Source: an uncultured bacterium (GTDB lineage Bacteria > Gemmatimonadota > Gemmatimonadetes > Gemmatimonadales > Gemmatimonadaceae). Taken from it: a stretch of 27,608 bases of DNA. The notes under the pieces were generated by a model. It saw nothing but the letters and a program-made list of their open reading frames with translations. It was not told the DNA's origin and did no database searches. The stretch covers positions 1-27,608 of the forward strand of contig CAXBQP010000044.1 of assembly GCA_963978095.1 (NCBI GenBank). Direction: 5' to 3'. The position numbers and the translations under genes are program-made. Positions 17,166 to 26,427 of this stretch are shown piece after piece (the stretch's first letter is position 1; every line of letters starts with the position of its first letter).

Positions 17166-18329
17166 TCAGCCGCGCCCGATCGGGACACGATGCTTGTCGA
17201 GCTTCACCAGCACGGTGTACTCCGGATCCACCAACTGGATGATCGGGGCCTTGGCATGCTGCGAGACGAACTGGAACGCGTCCATCTCACGCATGCCCGA
17301 GCGCGCCTGCACCCACTGCACCATCGCCTTGAACGCCTGACGTGCCGCGTCCTCCAGTGGGCGGCCGGAGCCGACGAACATGATCTCGTCCTGATTCTCG
17401 ATGCGCGGCACCGGCGTGGCCTGATGCTTCACGAGCTCGACCACGAGCTCGACATGCATCGCCCCTTCGATCGCCGCGCCGATGATCTCCCCGTCACCCA
17501 TGGCGTAGTGCCCATCGCCGAACGACAGTAGCCCGCCGGCGACGTTCACGCCGAAGAACACCGTATTCCCGGCCCGCACCTCCGGGCAGTCCATGTTCCC
17601 GCCGAAGGTACCGGGCACGATCGTCGAGCGCGATTCCCCCATGGACGGCGCCACACCGAGACAGCCCAGGAAGGGCGCGAGCGGGACCTCCCACGTGAAC
17701 TTCCCGTCACGCGAGCGGCTCCGCGCCACCTGCGCGGCCCGGTCCACCTCGTATCGCCAGGTGGTCTCGGGGAGATCGGGCCCGAGCATGGCGGTCCGGT
17801 CCGTGCCAACAATCGCACCGAATCCGGGGCCGAACGCCGACACCGCGTAGTCGCGCGCCGGTTCGAGCTTCACGAGATGCACGGCAATCGTGTCGCCGGG
17901 CTCCGCCCCTTCCACGAAGAACGGCCCGGTCTGCGGATTGTCGTGTCCGGGCGGCATCTTCTTGGACGGCAAGTCATCCGCCGTCTTCACCGCGCCGTCA
18001 AAACAATCCTCGGTCCACGTGACGATCCGCGTCCCCGAGACGATCCGGTGCTTGGGCGCCACGCCGCCGAAGGTGTAGCAGAGGTCCTCGTGCTTCGGCG
18101 TCCAGGTGAGCGTCGGTGCACTCGCGCCGGGGAGCGGCAGGGGCGCAGGACGCGCCGCGCCCCCAACGGATGTCGCGGGCGTGCCCCCACGTGCTTCCGC
18201 GGCACCATCAGTCGCCGACGCATGCGTGGCGTCTCCCGTGCCCGTGCACGCCGCCACGACGGCGGCGAGCCCCACCGGCGCCTTCAGCAGGAAATCGCGA
18301 CGCGAGGCCTGACCCGATCGTGGTGTCAT
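17166..18329 (-). CDS. Acetamidase/formamidase (FmdA/AmdA) family protein with a Tat lipoprotein signal
   Basis: NPQTGPFFVEGAEPGD, PFLGCLGVAP, FGGNMD and SFGDGHYAMGDGEI...AIE motifs; N-terminus SRRDFLLK...VAAC. Start 18329 preferred; alternative 18395. Confidence 0.88.
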   Translation of the reverse strand: MTPRSGQASRRDFLLKAPVGLAAVVAACTGTGDATHASATDGAAEARGGTPATSVGGAARPAPLPLPGASAPTLTWTPKHEDLCYTFGGVAPKHRIVSGTRIVTWTEDCFDGAVKTADDLPSKKMPPGHDNPQTGPFFVEGAEPGDTIAVHLVKLEPARDYAVSAFGPGFGAIVGTDRTAMLGPDLPETTWRYEVDRAAQVARSRSRDGKFTWEVPLAPFLGCLGVAPSMGESRSTIVPGTFGGNMDCPEVRAGNTVFFGVNVAGGLLSFGDGHYAMGDGEIIGAAIEGAMHVELVVELVKHQATPVPRIENQDEIMFVGSGRPLEDAARQAFKAMVQWVQARSGMREMDAFQFVSQHAKAPIIQLVDPEYTVLVKLDKHRVPIGRG

Positions 18330-18401
18330 GGCCGCACCGCCAACGACGGCGACGGCGTCGGGGCCGGCACACGAGGCCGCGGATGTGTGTCCCATGGCTC
18401 C

Positions 18402-19949
18402 CTACCGCGCGGCGAGCAGTTTGGTCATCAGTGCGTCCGCCATCCCTTTCGCGTCGGCGGCGGCGTCGTTCGTCAGGACGATCACCGTGGCGTGCCGGTC
18501 GGGCACGCGCACGAACGCCGCGCGTTTCCCGGTATCGGTCGCGGAGGCCGCGTAGCGCGTGACACCGCCGACGCTCTCGCGCGTCCATCCTTGCGTCGCG
18601 TCGATCGGATCACGCGTCGCGGAGGAATCGGCGCCGGTTGCCGCGCCGCGCGTGTAGGTGCGCGGCTGCTCGAGTCCCAGCGCCAGACGATACAACTCGT
18701 CGACGTTCGACAGCACCTCACCCGACTCGGTCGCCGTGGTCTTGTGCAGACCAACGGGGGTGGACGCTCGCGCTGATACGCACCGTTGGAACGGCGTTTG
18801 CGGTGGCGCCGCGGCACGACCTCGTCCCGCCGACGAATCGGCGGGCGCGGTTCCTCCTGCGCGTCCGCGCCCGGCGGGCTCGGGGACCTGCGCGCAAATC
18901 GCCTCGAACACGGCCGAGATGCGCCCGATCGGGAAGTTCGGCACCGTGGTCGTGGGCATGTAGCGGGCTTGTGGTGGAATGCCGAAGGATTGGTCGACGA
19001 ACACCTTGCCGTCCTTCGCCACGAGGACCGTCGCGCCCCCCGCCGCCGCGTTCTCGTACTTCGCGAACAACGATTTCACCAATGCCGGCGACACCGGCGA
19101 CTCGCTGGCCACGCGATGCAGCACCCGCCGCGCCCCCAAGTCGTAGCGATCGCCGGGATGCAATGTCAGGAAGGGGGAGCCGGGATCGTTGGCATCCTTG
19201 CCGTTGTACACAAATCCGCGGTTGCGGCCCACGATCGTTCCCGTGTCGCCGCGCACGACCCACGCGGTGCCTTCGTCCTCGGAGATCGCCAGCAGCGCCG
19301 GGTACTTCGGGATGATGGAGTCGGCGAGATCCGGCAGCCGTTCACGCGCCACCACGTGCTGATCGATCCCCACGCCACGCAGATAGGCGAAGCCTTTCTG
19401 GTAGGCGGGATGGTCCATGATGAAGTTGTTGTTCGAGGGTGCGCCACGGACCAGGAAGTCGCCGAGGATCGAAGCCCCGGCCGACGACCCCCCGACCACA
19501 CCGCCGCGCGCGAGCACCTCGTTGAACGCGGCCTCGGTCCTGGTCCCCGCGTACGCATCCACCAAGTGGAACTGGCGTCCCCCCTCGAACCAGATCCCTC
19601 CGGCCTTCTTGATCAACGCCACGAAGGCGTCGCTGTCCGCGACTTTGCGATCGGTCGTGAACAGCACCTGCACGTTGTGCGCGCCATTCTGCTTCCAGCT
19701 GCGCGTGTTCGCACCTTCTGCCGGATAGCTCTCGGCGCCCCCCGCATTGGGCACCGTGAGGATCAAGGCGTCGGGGCCTCCGGCCGCATCGATGAACGCC
19801 TTGTATACCTCCGGTCCCATCGAGCCCCCTCCAACAACGATCACGGTGCCTTTCGCAGGCCCGACCTTCGGAGCGCCCTTGGCGCCTTGGGCGCCGAGCA
19901 GGAGTGGGACGCAGGAGAGCAGCGATGCCAAGCGGCGAACGACGATCAT
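18402..19949 (-). CDS. Exported cyanophycinase-like peptidase (S51) with a C-terminal degenerate beta-lactamase-like domain
   Basis: GTVIVVGGG, GIWFEGGRQ, GGSSAGA (Ser), IDQH (His), SEDEGT (Glu). Signal peptide from the ATG at 19949 with GAGGT upstream. The C-terminal half has GATVLVAKDGK and PDRHATVIVLTN. Confidence 0.85.
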   Translation of the reverse strand: MIVVRRLASLLSCVPLLLGAQGAKGAPKVGPAKGTVIVVGGGSMGPEVYKAFIDAAGGPDALILTVPNAGGAESYPAEGANTRSWKQNGAHNVQVLFTTDRKVADSDAFVALIKKAGGIWFEGGRQFHLVDAYAGTRTEAAFNEVLARGGVVGGSSAGASILGDFLVRGAPSNNNFIMDHPAYQKGFAYLRGVGIDQHVVARERLPDLADSIIPKYPALLAISEDEGTAWVVRGDTGTIVGRNRGFVYNGKDANDPGSPFLTLHPGDRYDLGARRVLHRVASESPVSPALVKSLFAKYENAAAGGATVLVAKDGKVFVDQSFGIPPQARYMPTTTVPNFPIGRISAVFEAICAQVPEPAGRGRAGGTAPADSSAGRGRAAAPPQTPFQRCVSARASTPVGLHKTTATESGEVLSNVDELYRLALGLEQPRTYTRGAATGADSSATRDPIDATQGWTRESVGGVTRYAASATDTGKRAAFVRVPDRHATVIVLTNDAAADAKGMADALMTKLLAAR

Positions 19950-20117
19950 GAGAACCTCGACTCGGAGAAACGGTGCACCGGTATCAGTCACCAGAAGATG
20001 TGGCACGGTGGAACGGCCGACAAGCACCACGCCCAGCCACCGCGCCACCGGCAGGATGGAGCATTATTATGGACGGCAGTCCCATCCTCCTCCCTCTCAG
20101 ACTCCTCGTTCTTGCCC

Positions 20118-21929
20118 ATGCACCTCTTCCAGCACTCCCGCCGTCCTGGCCGCGTGCGCACGCGTCACGGCGTGGCCTCGGTCGCGCGGCTCGTGGTCGC
20201 CGCCGCCATCATCGCGATCGTGGTCGCTCCATTGGCGGCCCAAGCACCGGCCCCATCGATTGGACCTGACCTCGGCAAGCGGGTCGTCGCCGAACATGGC
20301 GTGGTCGCGGCCGGCAACGCCTACGCAAGCGAGGCCGGCCTCGAGATGCTCCGCCAAGGGGGCACCGCCATCGATGCGGCGGTGGCGACGGCCTTCGCGC
20401 TGGGCGTGACCGAACCGATGATGAGCGGACTCGGCGCGGGGGGCGGGCTGTTGTACTACGACGCGAAGACCAAGCGCGCCGAGTACCTCGATTTTTATAG
20501 TGCGTCAGGAAGCATCGTCGATCTCGCGCTTCGTTCCGGCACCTCGACCTCCACACCGCGTGGTGTCGGAATCCCCGGTGCCGTGCGGGGATTGCTCGCC
20601 GCGCATGCGCGCTACGGCAAGCTGCCCGCGGCGACCGTGCTGGCGCCGGCCATTCGACTCGCGGGCGAGGGCTATACCGCCAACGCGTTGCTGGCGCGCG
20701 AAGTCGCGGTCAGCATCGACAAGCTGTCCGCCACCGGAGCCAAGGCCATCTTCCTCCCCGGCGGCAAGCCGATTCGGGCGGGTGATCACATTGTCCAGCC
20801 CGAACTCGCGGCCACGCTGCGCGCGATCGCGGCGCAGGGCGCCGATGCCTTCTACGCCGGTGCCATCGGAGATCACATCGTGCAGACGCTGCGCGACGCC
20901 GGTTCGACCATCACGCGCGCGGACTTCGCGGCCTACCAGCCGCAGTGGACCCGTCCGGTCTGCACGATCTATCACGGGCGAGTGGTGTTGTCCGCGGCGG
21001 CGCCGCAGTCCGGCATCCAGGTGGTCGAGGCGCTGAACCTTGTGGCGGGGCGCGACCTGCCCGCGCTCGGGCTGCCGAGCCGCTCGGCCGATGCCTTCCG
21101 CGTGATGACCGGAGCGCTGCGTGTTGCCGTCACCGACCGTGATGCCGTGATCGGCGATCCCGCGAAGGTGGCAGTCCCCATGGCAGGCGTCACCAGCACC
21201 GCGTATGCCGCGACGCGCGCCGGGTTGGTGGAGGCACCGGCACAGCCTCGGTTGCCCGCCGGAAATCCGTGGCCGTTCGAGCAGGTGCCGACCGGGGACT
21301 GCGCCGCGCTCGCCTCGGCCCCCCCGTCCACCGTGCAGCCGCGACCATCCACCCCCGGCACGCCGGGTGACGGCGCGATGTCCGAAACGACCCACATGTC
21401 CGTGGTGGACGATGCCGGGAACGCCGTGTCGATCACGAACACCCTCGGGCTGGGCTTCGGCACGGGCACTTGGGTGGATGGCGTCTTCCTGAACAGTGCG
21501 CTGTTCAACTTCTCGCGCGACGCCGGCTCCCCCAACGCGCCCGGTCCCTTCCGGATTCCCGCCTCCACGATCGCGCCCACGATCATCCTCAAGGATGGCG
21601 CGGTGGAGATGGTGGTCGGGTGCCCCGGATCGCCCGCAATTCCCCCGGCGATCGTGCAGACGATCGTCTACGTGCTCGACTACCATCTGGATCCCATGCA
21701 AGCGTTGCGCATCCCCCGCATGATCCCCGCGTCCTCCGGCGTGGGGCTGCGGATGGAGGACGGGTTCGCGGAAGGGGTGTACGCCGAGGCGCGTCGGTTG
21801 GGCTACGAGGTGGCGGTATCGCCGCCGGTGGACATGGGCTTCGGCGGGGTTCATGTGATCGCCCGCATTGGGGGGCGGTGGGTGGGCGCCGCCGACCCTC
21901 GAAGAGATGGCGAAGTCCGAGGGATGTAG
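20118..21929 (+). CDS. ggt: Gamma-glutamyltransferase family Ntn-hydrolase with an atypical acyl pocket; exported
   Basis: ASEAGLEML..GGTAIDAAVA, EPMMSGLGAGG, GIPGAVRGL, QPELAATL, autocleavage site SE/TTHMSVVD and GAADPRRDG. The in-frame upstream extension to 18786 is not protein-like. Confidence 0.88.
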   Translation: MHLFQHSRRPGRVRTRHGVASVARLVVAAAIIAIVVAPLAAQAPAPSIGPDLGKRVVAEHGVVAAGNAYASEAGLEMLRQGGTAIDAAVATAFALGVTEPMMSGLGAGGGLLYYDAKTKRAEYLDFYSASGSIVDLALRSGTSTSTPRGVGIPGAVRGLLAAHARYGKLPAATVLAPAIRLAGEGYTANALLAREVAVSIDKLSATGAKAIFLPGGKPIRAGDHIVQPELAATLRAIAAQGADAFYAGAIGDHIVQTLRDAGSTITRADFAAYQPQWTRPVCTIYHGRVVLSAAAPQSGIQVVEALNLVAGRDLPALGLPSRSADAFRVMTGALRVAVTDRDAVIGDPAKVAVPMAGVTSTAYAATRAGLVEAPAQPRLPAGNPWPFEQVPTGDCAALASAPPSTVQPRPSTPGTPGDGAMSETTHMSVVDDAGNAVSITNTLGLGFGTGTWVDGVFLNSALFNFSRDAGSPNAPGPFRIPASTIAPTIILKDGAVEMVVGCPGSPAIPPAIVQTIVYVLDYHLDPMQALRIPRMIPASSGVGLRMEDGFAEGVYAEARRLGYEVAVSPPVDMGFGGVHVIARIGGRWVGAADPRRDGEVRGM

Positions 21930-21933
21930 AGCT

Positions 21934-21962
21934 TTGCGTCACGGTTACGACACGGATATTAT
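21934..21962 (+). promoter_or_regulatory. Candidate sigma70 promoter for susC-susD
   Basis: TTGCGT (21934-21939), 17-nt spacer, TATTAT (21957-21962) in an unusually AT-rich intergenic stretch; GAGGGAG ribosome-binding site before the ATG at 22027. Confidence 0.5.
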
Positions 21963-22026
21963 ACGAGGCTATACCCGAAATACTCGGGAGTCCCCCCTTC
22001 TTACCGGCTAGGCTCGAGGGAGAGTA

Positions 22027-24984
22027 ATGGCTCAAACATTTGGTTCACGGTGGACGCGCCTGATCGCGGCGGCCCTCTTGGCCATCCCCGCACTGGGGCA
22101 GGCACAGGGCGGCGCGACGATCAGCGGCACCGTCAGCGAGCGCGGGTCGAACAACCCGCTCGAACGCGCGCAGGTCAGCATCGTCGGCAAGGCGATTGCC
22201 GTCGCCACCGACGCCAAGGGCGGCTTCACGCTGCGTGGTGTTGACGCCGGCACGGTCACCGTCCGCGCGCAGTACATCGGCTACGAAGCCCGTGAACAGG
22301 TCGTCCAGGTGACCGCCAACGGCACCCTGCGCGTGAACTTCGCGCTGAGCCGTACGGCGGTCACGCTGTCGGGCGTCATGGTCACCGCCACCGGCGAGGA
22401 GCGCCGCCGCTCGGTCGGCACGGCGATGGCGACGGTCGACACGGCGCAGATCGAGCGCTCGGCCGCCACCAACACCCAGCAGCTGCTCGCGGGCTCCACC
22501 CCGGGCGTCACGGTGCTGGCCAACGGCGGTCAGCCGGGCTCCGGCGCCACCGTCCGCCTCCGCGGCGTCAACAGCGTGAGCATGGGAAACAGCCCGCTCA
22601 TCTATGTGGATGGCGTGCGCGTGTACGGTGGCAACACCCCGACCAACGTCGGCGGCCGTCAGTTCAGCTCGCCGCTGAACGACATCGCGGCGGAAGACAT
22701 CGACCACATCGAAATCGTGAAGGGCCCCGCGGCCACGACGCTCTACGGCACCGAAGCCTCCGGCGGCGTACTGCAGATCTTCACCAAGCAGGGCGTCGAA
22801 GGCGCGCCGCGCTGGAACCTCAGCGTCACGTCCGGCTACAACAACATGGGGCACGTGGGTCCGGCCTCGGACACCACCGGGCTGTACATCAACAGCTGCG
22901 CCGGCATCCACGTCATGAATGACTCGGCGCGCACCAAGTTCCAGGACGCCAGCTGCCCGGCGAGCGGAAGCTGGCTCTCCAACGGCCCGATCCAGCGCAC
23001 GTCGATCAGCGTGCGCGGTGGCAGCTCCAACGGCACGACGTACGACCTGAGCGTCACGGGCAACAATGAGCGTGGCGTGCTGCCCGTCGGTGGGTCGTAC
23101 ATCCGCTCCTTCCGCATGAACATCGGCTTCAAGCCGGCCAAGGGCTTCACCATCGGCTTCAACCAATCGTTCGTCAACAACCGCTCGGTCGGCTTCCCGG
23201 ACGGCAACAGCTCGAACGGCGTGATGCTCAACATCTCGCGTGGGTCGGGCTCGAACTTCAAGGGCCCGGGCTGCGCGGATCTGACCATCGTCTGCGTCCT
23301 GAACGACAGCTTGTTCACCTCGCAGGTCACCAACACCACGAACCACTTTGTGACCGGCGCGTCGCTGACCTACCAGCCGTTCGACGCCTGGACCACGCGC
23401 CTCACGCTCGGCTTCGACTACAACAACGCCGACATCCAGTACATCACGCCGTTCGGCCACCTCCGTGTCCCGCTCGGCCAGATGTACCAGACCCTCTGGA
23501 CCCGTCAGTTCCTGTCGGCCGACCTGGCCTCGACCTACCGCAAGCAGCTCGCCACGAACTGGAGCAGTGCGACCGCTGTCGGCGGACAGGTCTTCGAGAA
23601 CCGGGTGTATTCGACCGACCTCCAGAGTGACAACTTCGCCGGCCCCGGCGACCCGACACTCCTCTCGGGCTCGCTCAAGCAGATCACCGGGGTCACGCAG
23701 CAGCGCGTGATCAACGCCGGCTACTTCGCGCAGGAGACGATCGGCTGGCGCGATGTGCTCTTCGTGACCATCGGCGCGCGTGCCGACGGCAACAGCGCCT
23801 TCGGCAAGAGCTTCGGCATCCAGACCTACCCCAAGATCAGCGCCTCGTACGTGATCTCGGATGAATCATTCTGGCCCCGTCGCTGGATCGAGACCCTCAA
23901 GCTGCGCGGCGCCATCGGCGACGCCGGCAAGGCGCCGGGCGCGTTCGACGCCGTCCGGACCTGGACCCCGGTCGCCGCGGAAGGCGGCAAGCCGGCCTTT
24001 GCCACCAACCAGATCGGCAACCCGAACCTCGGTCCGGAGCGCACCCGCGAAATTGAACTCGGATTCGACGCCAGCGCGCTCAATGGCCGCGTGAACCTGC
24101 AGTACACGCACTTCGACCAGCACACCTATCAGGCGCTGATCCCAGTGCAGCAGGCCCCTTCGCTCGGCTTCGCGGGCTCCCAGCTGATCAACGCCGGAGA
24201 CCTGATGAACTCGGGCCACGAGGTCCAGCTGAATGTCGACATCTTCCGCAGCCGCAACGTCGACGTCAGCACCCGCATCGGCTACATGCAGTTGCACAGT
24301 GAAGCCGGAAACATCGGTGGCGTGCCCCTGACGATCTTCGCCCTCGGCCGCACCTACGTGGTGCAGGGGCTGCCGATTCCGTCGTACTACGGCCCCAAGG
24401 TCATGAACCCGACGGAGTTCGCGAACCCGGTCATCCAGCAGAACCAGGACCTCGGCTCGGCGTTCGCCAACCGGATCTGGAGCCCGGGCATCTCGGTCAA
24501 GCTCTTCCGTCGCGTCACGGTCGATGCGCAGGGTGAGTGGCAGCTGGGCGGCCACAACCTGAACGCACTGGCCTACCAGAACGCGAACCTCAACTCGTGG
24601 CAGCCGTGCTTCAACGCGCAGGACCAGATGCGCAAGGCCGCCGCGGGTGACTCCTCGGGGCTCGCCACCATCAACGCCCTCGACCGCGCGCGTTGCACGA
24701 TCAACACCAAGATCGCGCGTGACTACGGGTTCTTCGTCGAGGCCAACGACTTCTTCAAGCTCCGCAGCGTGTCGGTGACGTACGACCTGCCGAAGTCGAT
24801 CCTCCGCTTCGGCGCGCGCTCGGGATCGCTGGCCTTCGCCGGTCGCAACCTGTTCACGTCGACGAAGTACACCGGGACCGATCCGGAAGTCTCTGACCAG
24901 CGCGACGACCAGTTCGCTCGCCGCGACTACTACGTGTTCCCGACCTCCCGGTCGTTCACGATGACCCTCCGCCTGGGCTTCTGA
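22027..24984 (+). CDS. SusC/RagA-family TonB-dependent outer membrane transporter
   Basis: Signal peptide; N-terminal carboxypeptidase-regulatory-like domain; plug motifs RLRG, PLIYVDG and IEIVKGPAATTLYGTEASGGV; GNPNLGPERTREIELGFD; FFKLRSVSVTY; GRNLFT..KYTGTDPE; terminal Phe (LRLGF). Confidence 0.93.
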   Translation: MAQTFGSRWTRLIAAALLAIPALGQAQGGATISGTVSERGSNNPLERAQVSIVGKAIAVATDAKGGFTLRGVDAGTVTVRAQYIGYEAREQVVQVTANGTLRVNFALSRTAVTLSGVMVTATGEERRRSVGTAMATVDTAQIERSAATNTQQLLAGSTPGVTVLANGGQPGSGATVRLRGVNSVSMGNSPLIYVDGVRVYGGNTPTNVGGRQFSSPLNDIAAEDIDHIEIVKGPAATTLYGTEASGGVLQIFTKQGVEGAPRWNLSVTSGYNNMGHVGPASDTTGLYINSCAGIHVMNDSARTKFQDASCPASGSWLSNGPIQRTSISVRGGSSNGTTYDLSVTGNNERGVLPVGGSYIRSFRMNIGFKPAKGFTIGFNQSFVNNRSVGFPDGNSSNGVMLNISRGSGSNFKGPGCADLTIVCVLNDSLFTSQVTNTTNHFVTGASLTYQPFDAWTTRLTLGFDYNNADIQYITPFGHLRVPLGQMYQTLWTRQFLSADLASTYRKQLATNWSSATAVGGQVFENRVYSTDLQSDNFAGPGDPTLLSGSLKQITGVTQQRVINAGYFAQETIGWRDVLFVTIGARADGNSAFGKSFGIQTYPKISASYVISDESFWPRRWIETLKLRGAIGDAGKAPGAFDAVRTWTPVAAEGGKPAFATNQIGNPNLGPERTREIELGFDASALNGRVNLQYTHFDQHTYQALIPVQQAPSLGFAGSQLINAGDLMNSGHEVQLNVDIFRSRNVDVSTRIGYMQLHSEAGNIGGVPLTIFALGRTYVVQGLPIPSYYGPKVMNPTEFANPVIQQNQDLGSAFANRIWSPGISVKLFRRVTVDAQGEWQLGGHNLNALAYQNANLNSWQPCFNAQDQMRKAAAGDSSGLATINALDRARCTINTKIARDYGFFVEANDFFKLRSVSVTYDLPKSILRFGARSGSLAFAGRNLFTSTKYTGTDPEVSDQRDDQFARRDYYVFPTSRSFTMTLRLGF

Positions 24985-24986
24985 TA

Positions 24987-26204
24987 ATGACGACCCTTCG
25001 CAACTTCGGACGCCGATCGATCGGCGTCGCCGCTGTGGTCCTCGCGGCGTGCAACATGCAGGTGACCAACCCGGGTCCGCTCCAGGACTCGCAGCTCAAT
25101 GCCGTCTCCGCGATGCCGGCGCTCGTCAACGGCATGTCGGGCGACCTCTCGTACGCGCTCGGCAACTACATCGATCGCGGCGGGCTGGCCTCCGGTGAGA
25201 TGACGGAAGCGGGCAACTACTCCGCCGAACAGCAGTACTGGTTCGGCATCATCCGCCCGGACGACGTCAATCCGGATTGGGCCAACATGCAGCAGGCGCG
25301 TTGGTCGGCGGAGAATGGCATCGAGCGCATGAAGACCGTGCTCGGCGCCAACTTCGAGAAGAACGTGGACACCCCGCGCGCATATCTCTACGCCGGTTTT
25401 GCCAACCGCTTGCTCGGTGAGAACGTCTGCACCGGCGTGATCGACGGCGGCCCGGCGCAAAGCGACACCGTGTACTTCGTGCGCGCGGAAAGCCTCTTCA
25501 CCCGCGCCTACACGCTCGCCACCGCGCTTGCCAACACCAACGTGGCCAACGCCGCGCTCGGCGGTCGTGCGTCGGTGCGTGCCTGGCAGGGCAAGTGGAC
25601 CGACGCGGTCGCCGATGCCGCGCTCGTGCCGAACGCGTTCGTCTACAACGCGATCTTCTCGACGAACAGCACGCGCGAGAACCTCGACATGGCGGTCCAG
25701 ACCATCTCGCGTCGTGAGACCACGGTGTTCGGGACGGTGTATGCGGGCATCTCCAAGACCGACCCACGCACCCCGTGGGACACGGTCAAGGTCGGTACCG
25801 CGATCCAGACCGGACAGGACGGCAAGACCAAGTTCTTCCAGCAGAAGAAGTACACCTCGCTCGGCAGCCCGGTCCCGCTCGTGAAGGGCGCCGACATGTT
25901 GCTGCTCCGCGCCGAGGAACGGCTCCGGGCCAACGACCTGCCGGGCATGACCACGCAGATCAACTCGGCGCGTGCCACCTGGACGGGGCTGACCCCGGTA
26001 ACGCAGCCCGCGACCACCGCGGCCGCGTGGACCCTGCTGCAGGCCGAGCGCGGCTCGGCGCTCTGGCTCGAGGGGCGTCGCCTGTGGGACCTGCGCCGTT
26101 GGTACGCGGAAGGCACCAATACCTTCCTGACGGGCCGCAGCAAGTGCGTGCCGGTCAGCACCAACGAGCGCGCGTCCAACCCGAACCCGATGCCGGCGCC
26201 GTAA
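24987..26204 (+). CDS. SusD/RagB-family surface lipoprotein
   Basis: Lipobox VLAAC; LLRAE and ERGSALWLEGRRLWDLRR motifs; 2 nt after susC. Confidence 0.9.
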   Translation: MTTLRNFGRRSIGVAAVVLAACNMQVTNPGPLQDSQLNAVSAMPALVNGMSGDLSYALGNYIDRGGLASGEMTEAGNYSAEQQYWFGIIRPDDVNPDWANMQQARWSAENGIERMKTVLGANFEKNVDTPRAYLYAGFANRLLGENVCTGVIDGGPAQSDTVYFVRAESLFTRAYTLATALANTNVANAALGGRASVRAWQGKWTDAVADAALVPNAFVYNAIFSTNSTRENLDMAVQTISRRETTVFGTVYAGISKTDPRTPWDTVKVGTAIQTGQDGKTKFFQQKKYTSLGSPVPLVKGADMLLLRAEERLRANDLPGMTTQINSARATWTGLTPVTQPATTAAAWTLLQAERGSALWLEGRRLWDLRRWYAEGTNTFLTGRSKCVPVSTNERASNPNPMPAP

Positions 26205-26223
26205 GCTGGTCGCCGTGATCGAA

Positions 26224-26259
26224 ACGAAGGGGCGTCGCTTCCGAGCGGCGCCCCTTCGT
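26224..26259 (+). terminator. Hairpin after susD; probable terminator
   Basis: Stem ACGAAGGGGCGTCGCT / AGCGGCGCCCCTTCGT (one G-U pair) with loop TCCG, 19 nt after the stop codon; no strong U-tract on the + strand. Confidence 0.6.
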
Positions 26260-26427
26260 GCATTCAGGGCGCGAGCGCCCGCCGAGCCCGCACCGCTTGG
26301 CGATCCTCGCGCCCTGCGCTGGAACAGCACTCTGGGGTGCCGGGTACTAACTTTCCGACGACAGCATCGTCGTATTACTGTTCTTGTGTAGGCTCGTCAC
26401 GTTTTCACCCTGCCTCGGAGGAGTCCC

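Noticed and set aside
18786..20117. 444-codon in-frame upstream extension making the GGT ORF 1047 aa
   Set aside because: It is mostly the antisense of the cyanophycinase gene, Arg/His-rich and motif-free; stop-poor antisense frames are expected at this GC. The signal-peptide-like segment begins only after 20118.
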